Part shown: one piece after another, positions 58,079-64,000 of the stretch
Numbering within the stretch: position 1 is the stretch's first letter
How the letters are laid out: every line of letters begins with the position of its first letter
Assembly (NCBI GenBank): GCA_038231275.1
Contig: JBBRLQ010000029.1
Span: forward strand, 37,675-101,674
Direction: 5' to 3'
Source: Polyangiales bacterium
GTDB taxonomy: Bacteria > Myxococcota_A > Polyangia > Polyangiales > Polyangiaceae
Length of the DNA: 64,000 bases
Position numbers and translations under genes: made by a program
The notes under the pieces: model-generated
Told to the model about the DNA's origin: nothing
Seen by the model: the letters and a program-made list of their open reading frames with translations, nothing else
The model's database searches: none

Positions 58079-58861
58079 TCAGAAGGCGACGCCGGCGCCC
58101 GCCGTGAGCGCGCGCTCGCCGGCGAACGCCCACTCGACCGAGACGTCAATCGGAGCGAGCGCGAGGACCACGCCGAGCGCGGGTTGGTAGTGGAATTTGT
58201 CATTGCCGGTGAGCGCCTGGCCACGCTGTGTCCACAAGACCGGACCGCCGAAGATGCGGCCCGCGACGTACGGCGTCACGGGGCCGAAGGTCTTGCCGAG
58301 CGTCAGGCCGCCGCGCACGTCATAAGCGGTGAAGCGCGCGGACTCGCCACGCGGCGACGCCGTGCGCGCGGCCGATGCGCCGGCGCTGATGCTGCCGAGG
58401 ACGAACGGCCAGGCGCCCTTCTCGTCGACGAGCCGATGCGCGTACGCGCCAAAGAAGAGCCACCCGGGACCCATCGCGTGCGACTCGTCGGTGTCGAGGC
58501 TGCCGTCGGCGATGCCCCCCGCACCGAGCTGGGCGACGCCGCGCGCCCCGATCGGCATCTCGCCCGACACGACGACCGCGTGGCGCGAGAAGTCGGCTCT
58601 CACGCCACCATCGAACGCCAGGACCGTGCGCGCGTAGCTATAGGCGACCGCGACGCGCGCGATCGTCTTCGCGCCTCCGTGGCCTTCGTCACCGCCGCAC
58701 GTCGTCACTCCCGTCGGACCGACGGGCGGGGAGAGGCCTCAGGCGAACGCCTCGCGAGGCCGAGCGATCCCGAAGGCGAGGAGCGACGCGAACGACGCGA
58801 CGGCGAGGCGCGCGACGGAACGCGCCGGAGGGTTATGAGCTGCCAATGACCGTGAGTGCAT
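58079..58861 (-). CDS. Putative selenocysteine-containing outer-membrane beta-barrel protein (TGA 58739-58741 = Sec41)
   Basis: Signal peptide ...ASLLAFGIARPREAFA, in-frame TGA, then GLSPPVGPTGVTTC continuing into ORF 58079-58708; amphipathic strands and C-terminal ...AGAGVAF. Confidence 0.7.
58710..58726 (-). promoter_or_regulatory. Candidate bacterial SECIS hairpin
   Basis: mRNA CCCGUC-GGUCC-GACGGG starting 12 nt 3' of the UGA; GGUC at apex as in E. coli fdhF SECIS. Confidence 0.65.
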
Positions 58862-58942
58862 CGCGCGCAGGAGTCTAACACTCAGATATCGTTCAAAAAC
58901 ATTTCTTGTTGCACATTGTCGTACCTCGGACCACATTACCCC

Positions 58943-60361
58943 ATGTTCCGACGCGCCTTCCTCCACGCCCCCCTCCTCTTGATCCTGGGCCTCGCCGCCG
59001 CGTGCAGCGCCGCCACGGAAAACGCGTCGTCCGACGACTCCGATCTCACCGGCGGTGATACCGCGACGGTCGATCTCGCGACGCAGGCGACGACGTCGCT
59101 CTACGTGGCGATCAGCGCGAAGACCTCGTCGAAGGTGACCGACGCCCTGGTCGCGGCGGCTGCGCGCGGCGTGCCCACGCGCGCGATCGTCGTCGACGGG
59201 AGCTTCGACGCGACGTGGACGCTCCAGCAGCACCTTGAGTCGAGCGGCGTGAACGTCGACGTCCGCGCCGCCTCTCCGGCGCCGACGGTCCTCGCGATCG
59301 CGGACGGCACGGCACTCGTCGTGACCGGCAAGACGGTCAAGCGCGAGACCGCGAGCGCCGTGGTCAGCGGCTTCTCGAAGAAGTTCGACGACGCGCTCGG
59401 CGACGGCAGCGCGGCGCGCCCCGGCGCCTTCATCGCGGCGGAGACCGTGAAGGTCCTCCCGATGCCCGATTCCGGCGACGATCGTCTCGCCGAGCTCATG
59501 GCCACCGCGCAGCACTCGATCGACCTGTCGATTTACGAGCTGCAGGAGCGCCGAATGGTCCACGCGCTCCTCGACGCGGCCGCGCGCGGCGTCACCGTGC
59601 GCGTAATGCTCGAGCCTCGCACCGTCGGCGCCGCGAACTTCGATCCGGTCAGCAAGGAGCTCACCGCCGGCGGCGTGAAGGTCACCCCGACGCCGCCCGC
59701 CTTCGACACGCACCGTAACGTCGACCACGCGAAGTTCTGCATCCTGGACGACAAGGAGCTCCTCTACGGGACCGGCAACATGGTCAAGAGCAGCATCGGC
59801 AGCGTTAGCCTCGCGCCGTACCAGCTCCGCGATTTCTGGATCGAGGACGGGCGCAAGGCGAGCCTCACCGCCGCGCGCGCGCTCTTCGATGCGGATCTCG
59901 CGCGGAAGGACACGACCGGCATGGACATGAGCGGGTTCGTGCTCTCGCCCGACAACGCCGACGGCAAGATCACCGCGCTCGTCGACGGCGCCACCAAACG
60001 CCTCCTCGTCTACAACCAGTCGCTCAACGACGCGGATCTCATCGCGCGCCTCATCAAGGCGCAATCGCGCGGCGTCGACGTGCACGTGCTCCTCGGTTAC
60101 CAGCCGGGCTTCGGCGGCGCGCCACCCGCAAACGACGACACGATCAACAAGCTGAAGGCCGGCGGCGTGAAGGCCGCGTACCTCAAGGCGCACTACCTCC
60201 ATGCCAAGGCGATCGTCGCCGACGACAAGGTGTACCTCGGCTCGCAGAACTTCACGAACGGTGGCCTTCGCGCCAACCGCGAGCTCGGCGAGATTTTTGA
60301 CGACGCCACGCTCGTGAAGACGGTCGTGACGACGTTCCAGAAGGACGAGTCCGCGCAGTAG
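58943..60361 (+). CDS. Phospholipase D superfamily lipoprotein
   Basis: HAKFCILD and HAKAIVAD HKD motifs, GSQN..NRE; AAAC lipobox; extra degenerate N-terminal PLD-like domain. Confidence 0.9.
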   Translation: MFRRAFLHAPLLLILGLAAACSAATENASSDDSDLTGGDTATVDLATQATTSLYVAISAKTSSKVTDALVAAAARGVPTRAIVVDGSFDATWTLQQHLESSGVNVDVRAASPAPTVLAIADGTALVVTGKTVKRETASAVVSGFSKKFDDALGDGSAARPGAFIAAETVKVLPMPDSGDDRLAELMATAQHSIDLSIYELQERRMVHALLDAAARGVTVRVMLEPRTVGAANFDPVSKELTAGGVKVTPTPPAFDTHRNVDHAKFCILDDKELLYGTGNMVKSSIGSVSLAPYQLRDFWIEDGRKASLTAARALFDADLARKDTTGMDMSGFVLSPDNADGKITALVDGATKRLLVYNQSLNDADLIARLIKAQSRGVDVHVLLGYQPGFGGAPPANDDTINKLKAGGVKAAYLKAHYLHAKAIVADDKVYLGSQNFTNGGLRANRELGEIFDDATLVKTVVTTFQKDESAQ

Positions 60362-60393
60362 CTCCTCGCCGCGCGCGGCCGTATCCTTCTCGG

Positions 60394-61656
60394 ATGGCGG
60401 TCACGCGGCGCAAGGTCCTCCTCTATACGCTCGGCGGCGTGACGGCGGCGGCGGGAGGCGTCTTCGGCTACGAGCGATGGAAGCGCCGGCGCGGCGCGTC
60501 GTTCGTGGGCGCCGAGACGCCGGGCCTCGTCGTGAAGGGCGCGCACGTCGAGACGCGACGGCGGCTGGGGCGCACCGGCCTCGAAATCGGCGTCGTGGGC
60601 ATCGGCGCGGGCGGCCTCATGGGGCCCGATCCGATCCGGCGCGCCGTCGATCTCGGCATGAACTACATCGACACGTCGACCTGCTACGGCGGCAGCGAGG
60701 CGGTCATCGGCCGCGCGCTCCGCGAGTCGCCGGGCCTGCGCGACAAGCTCGTCATCGCGACCAAGTGGGACCCCGGTCCCAAGACGCCGAAGGAGCGCAT
60801 GCTCGAGTCGCTCGATCAGAGCCTCAAGCGCATGGGCACCGACGTGATCGACGTCATGCAGGTGCACTGGCTCGGCGGCGGCCACGTCGAGCACGACGAC
60901 GGCTACGTGCGTCTGGACAACCCCGAGGTGTACGAGGCGATGGAGATCGCCAAGGCGAAGGGCAAGGTCCGCTTCTTCGGCGCGACCTCGCACGACGCCG
61001 CGCGCGCGAAGATCCTCTCCTACGCGATCGACAAGGGGAAGTTCGACATGCTCCTCGTGAAGATGAACGTGCTCGACCACGAATCGGCCGGCATCCCCGC
61101 GCTCTTGGCGAAGGCCAAGGAGAAGGACGTCGGCGTCGTCGTGATGAAGTCGCAGCCGGGCGGCGGCGCGATCCCCAAGGGCTACGAGCAGTCGAAGTGG
61201 AACATCTACCAGTCGAACCTGCGCTGGGCGCTGGAGCACGACGTCGCGTGCGTGGTGCAGTCGCTCATAGGGACCGACGAGGCCTCGCAGGATCTCGCGG
61301 CCTCAGCGACGCAAGACCGCTTCGGGATGAACGACGCGAAGCTCCTCGAGACCTACGCGGAGGCGCTGAGCCCGGACTACTGCCGGAGCTGCGGCGCGTG
61401 CGAAGAGGCGTGCCCGGACGGCGTGCGCGTCGGCTCGGTCCTCCAGTTCGCGATGTACGCCAAGCAATACGGCTGGCCGGCGCGCGCGAAGGAGCACTAC
61501 GCGGCGCTGCCCGCCCACGAGCGCGGGAGCGACGCGTGCGGATCGTGTGGCATCTGCACGAGCGCGTGCCCCTATGGGGTCGACGCCGAGGGGAGGGTGG
61601 TCGAGGCAAAGCGGCTCCTGGGCGGTCATTTGAGGCGCGAGCCATCAAGCAGTTGA
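60394..61656 (+). CDS. Aldo/keto reductase with twin-arginine-like leader and C-terminal 2x[4Fe-4S] domain
   Basis: TRRKVL; RRLGRTGL, YIDTSTCY, ATKW; CRSCGACEEACP and CGSCGICTSACP. Confidence 0.9.
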   Translation: MAVTRRKVLLYTLGGVTAAAGGVFGYERWKRRRGASFVGAETPGLVVKGAHVETRRRLGRTGLEIGVVGIGAGGLMGPDPIRRAVDLGMNYIDTSTCYGGSEAVIGRALRESPGLRDKLVIATKWDPGPKTPKERMLESLDQSLKRMGTDVIDVMQVHWLGGGHVEHDDGYVRLDNPEVYEAMEIAKAKGKVRFFGATSHDAARAKILSYAIDKGKFDMLLVKMNVLDHESAGIPALLAKAKEKDVGVVVMKSQPGGGAIPKGYEQSKWNIYQSNLRWALEHDVACVVQSLIGTDEASQDLAASATQDRFGMNDAKLLETYAEALSPDYCRSCGACEEACPDGVRVGSVLQFAMYAKQYGWPARAKEHYAALPAHERGSDACGSCGICTSACPYGVDAEGRVVEAKRLLGGHLRREPSSS

Positions 61657-61687
61657 CCCCCACAGGTTGCTTTCCTAGCGTGGGGAC

Positions 61688-62215
61688 GTGACTCGCCCCG
61701 AACGCCCCACGGCCGACGCCTCCACGCCCGATCTCGAGAGCCTCGACGCCGCGTGGGAGGAGGACAAGGCAGGCGCGGGCGCAGACGAAGGCGCAGGCGG
61801 CGACGACGACGCGGGGACCGACGACGTCGACGAGGGATGGGAGACCGTCCCCGATCCGCAAGGTGGCCCGCCGCAGCGAAGGCGCGTCTCCCCGAAAGAG
61901 CGCGCGCGGCGCAAGCGAGAGAAGCAGCGCGTGAAGTCGGACCACGCGGCGAGCAAACAAAAGGGCAAGCAGGCGCGCAGCTCCCGACCGGACCGGCCCG
62001 CGCGCGAAGACCGCGGCGACGACACGTCGACCGACGACGCCGCGCCCGCGAGCGAGCGAGCCGCGCGCCCAGCACGTGCGACGCCGCCGAGCCGCGCCAA
62101 GGCGACCGCCGCGAAAGAAGCGAAGAAGAAGCGCGACCTGCGAACCGTGGCGATGATCGCGGTCGCGGCGGTCGTGGCGACCGTGGCGCTCTACTTCATG
62201 ATGACGAGCCGCTGA
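61688..62215 (+). CDS. Hypothetical protein, acidic/basic disordered with C-terminal TM
   Basis: ORF track; -10-like TAGCGT 6 nt before GTG; TM VAMIAVAAVVATVALYFMM. Confidence 0.7.
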   Translation: MTRPERPTADASTPDLESLDAAWEEDKAGAGADEGAGGDDDAGTDDVDEGWETVPDPQGGPPQRRRVSPKERARRKREKQRVKSDHAASKQKGKQARSSRPDRPAREDRGDDTSTDDAAPASERAARPARATPPSRAKATAAKEAKKKRDLRTVAMIAVAAVVATVALYFMMTSR

Positions 62216-62395
62216 ATGCGGGGGGAACGTGGCGAGAGCGGCGCCCATGTGGGGCGGTGGAGCCGCTTTCTTGGGTTGGCGAATGCGCTCAAGGGAGAAT
62301 GCGATCGACCGTTCCGTACGAACGGCGAAGGCAGGACCCCCGATGACCGCGATTTCGATGCGACTCGATGCTCCGTTCTGGGCGATGGTGGTTGC

Positions 62396-64000
62396 GTGCG
62401 CGCTTACGACCAGCTGCCTCGCGATGTTCGCCGTGGCCGCGCACGCGGTGGGCCTCGTCGGCTAGCGAGGCTCGTTTCGTTCGTTTCGCTCGGCGTGCTT
62501 GGCGCGTGCGAGCCGAAGACCATCGCGCCGGCTCCCGCCGTGGCCGACGCCGGCGAGATCGCAATCGCGCCTCCACCGGCTCCGTCGTCGTCGTCGCGTG
62601 AGGACGCGAGCGCACTGCCGGCGCCGGTTGCGTCCGTCGCGCCCGTCGATCTGGACGCCATCCTTCGCGCAGCGCCCGCGGTCGAGCGCCTCACGGGGAA
62701 CATCCTCACCGCGGGTCGCGCCATGGAGACCCTCGCGGAGCTGACGTTCGCGCATCCCTCTCGCGTGACGGGGACGAAGGGGCACGAAGAGGCGGCGGCG
62801 TGGGCGGTCGAGGCGTTCAAGAAGGCCGGCGTCGCGAACGCGCGCGTCGAGGCGTTCACCATGGCGCACGGTTGGGAGCGGCGACCGGCGCGCGCCAAGC
62901 TCGTCGCGCCGGCCGAGCGGACGCTGCACGTAGCGCCTGCCGCGTGGTTCCCACCGACTCCTGAAGAAGGCATTCGCGCCGAGGTCGCGCACCCCGTCGA
63001 CCTCACGGTGGACGCCGTGAAGAAATCGGCCGCGCGCCTCAAGGGAAAGATCGTCCTGCTCGACGCGGCGAACAAAACGAAGGCGTGGGCGAAGTCGCTC
63101 GACGCGCTCCGCGAAGCCGGCGTCCTCGCCCTTCTCAACGCACAGAAAGCGCCCGATCAGGCGCTGTTCGCCCACGGCGCGTGGTACCTCCCGAACTTCG
63201 TCGGGACGCTGCCGATGGTCGATCTGGGCGACGAAGACGCCAAGCTGCTCGTCCGGCTCCTCGAGAAGGGCCCGGTGACCGTGGAAGTGACGAGCACGAG
63301 CCCGCTCACCGGCGCCGTCCAAGTGCCGAACGTCCTCGCCGAGATCCGCGGACGCGAGCTCCCCGACGAGTGGGTCCTCCTCGGCGCGCACCTCGACGCG
63401 TGGGACTACGGCGAAGGCGCGCAGGACGACGGCACCGGCGTGGCCGAGGTGATCGAGGCCGCGCGCGCGATCCAGGCGCTCGGCGTCGCGCCGCGTCGAT
63501 CGATCCGCTTCGCGCTCTTCGGCGGCGAAGAGCAGGGCGCCATCGGCTCACGCGCCTACGCCGACGCTCACGCGCGTGAGCTCGATCGCGCGGCGCTCGT
63601 CATCGTGACCGACAGCGGCGCCGGCGCGCCCAAGGGATTTTTCACGGGACGCGAAGATCTGTCGAAGCGGCTCGCGCCGATCTCCAAGCTCCTCGAGGGG
63701 ATGGGCGGCGGCGGTCTCGCGCCGACGTTCGACTGCGGGACCGACGCGTGCCCGTTCGCGCTGACAGGTGTGCCCGCGATCTGGCTCGACTGCGACGTGT
63801 CGAAGTATTGGGAGCTGCATCATCGCGCCGCCGACACGCTCGACAAGGTCGTCCCCGCGTACGTCGCCCAGGCCGCGGCAATCCTGGCCGTCACCGCCTG
63901 GACCGCCGCCGAGGTCCCCGAGCGCGTGGCCCCGCGCGCCACGCACGCGGACGTCGCCGAGCGCCTCAAGAAGGCCGAGCTCCTCGACGAGCTGACATTC
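62396..64000 (+). CDS. M28 family peptidase (carboxypeptidase Q-like) lipoprotein, 3' truncated
   Basis: Manual translation: ...LVSFVSLGVLGAC lipobox; LGAHLDAWD, GAQDDGTG, GEEQGAIGS, HHRAADT; open to window end; start inferred. Confidence 0.88.
   Translation, partial: MRAYDQLPRDVRRGRARGGPRRLARLVSFVSLGVLGACEPKTIAPAPAVADAGEIAIAPPPAPSSSSREDASALPAPVASVAPVDLDAILRAAPAVERLTGNILTAGRAMETLAELTFAHPSRVTGTKGHEEAAAWAVEAFKKAGVANARVEAFTMAHGWERRPARAKLVAPAERTLHVAPAAWFPPTPEEGIRAEVAHPVDLTVDAVKKSAARLKGKIVLLDAANKTKAWAKSLDALREAGVLALLNAQKAPDQALFAHGAWYLPNFVGTLPMVDLGDEDAKLLVRLLEKGPVTVEVTSTSPLTGAVQVPNVLAEIRGRELPDEWVLLGAHLDAWDYGEGAQDDGTGVAEVIEAARAIQALGVAPRRSIRFALFGGEEQGAIGSRAYADAHARELDRAALVIVTDSGAGAPKGFFTGREDLSKRLAPISKLLEGMGGGGLAPTFDCGTDACPFALTGVPAIWLDCDVSKYWELHHRAADTLDKVVPAYVAQAAAILAVTAWTAAEVPERVAPRATHADVAERLKKAELLDELTF

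Noticed and set aside
58079..58861. Simple pseudogene reading of the in-frame TGA
   Set aside because: Not excluded, but disfavoured: the TGA falls exactly at +1 after the AxA cleavage site, a SECIS-like hairpin follows at the expected spacing, and the rest of the frame shows no decay
58739..60202. 487-aa minus-strand ORF from the track
   Set aside because: Mostly the antisense shadow of the PLD gene; only its last 40 codons (from ATG 58861) are used, as the signal peptide of the read-through gene
62216..62342. Possible riboswitch/ncRNA (short hairpins such as CCGTTC-cgtac-GAACGG)
   Set aside because: No recognisable family motif; short GC hairpins are expected by chance; an Infernal/Rfam scan would be needed
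62343..62465. 40-aa hydrophobic peptide MTAISMRLDAPFW...
   Set aside because: Has a weak RBS but overlaps the inferred signal-peptide region of the M28 peptidase; cannot be supported from sequence alone

Overview
GC-rich (roughly 70% by eye), gene-dense chromosomal segment. Its gene content looks like a Polyangiaceae/Labilithrix-type myxobacterium (inference: Cys-rich lipoproteins, FGE-sulfatase proteins, Hanks kinase-STAND-TPR, MYXO-CTERM-like tail, eukaryote-like MFE-2/SCPx). About 57 genes are supported. They include the oxidative pentose phosphate operon (gnd-zwf-opcA-pgl), tdh-kbl, an ECF sigma factor with a 1480-aa anti-sigma/FecR/VIT/vWA fusion, peroxisome-type beta-oxidation genes, and many exported hydrolases and lipoproteins. 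I saw no rRNA, tRNA, CRISPR array, transposase or prophage. Top finding: a hidden candidate selenoprotein gene at 58079-58861 (minus strand). A 40-aa signal peptide ending in AFA is followed directly by an in-frame TGA, then 12 nt later by a hairpin resembling the fdhF SECIS, and the frame continues into an outer-membrane beta-barrel. The mature protein would therefore start with selenocysteine. Other observations are a ~72-bp stop-codon-anchored REP-like repeat (5 copies), six sigma54-like promoters 12-17 nt from start codons, a set of apparent leaderless -10 promoters, and overlapping alternative hairpins upstream of a GH25 lysozyme gene. Family assignments come from motif recognition, not database searches.
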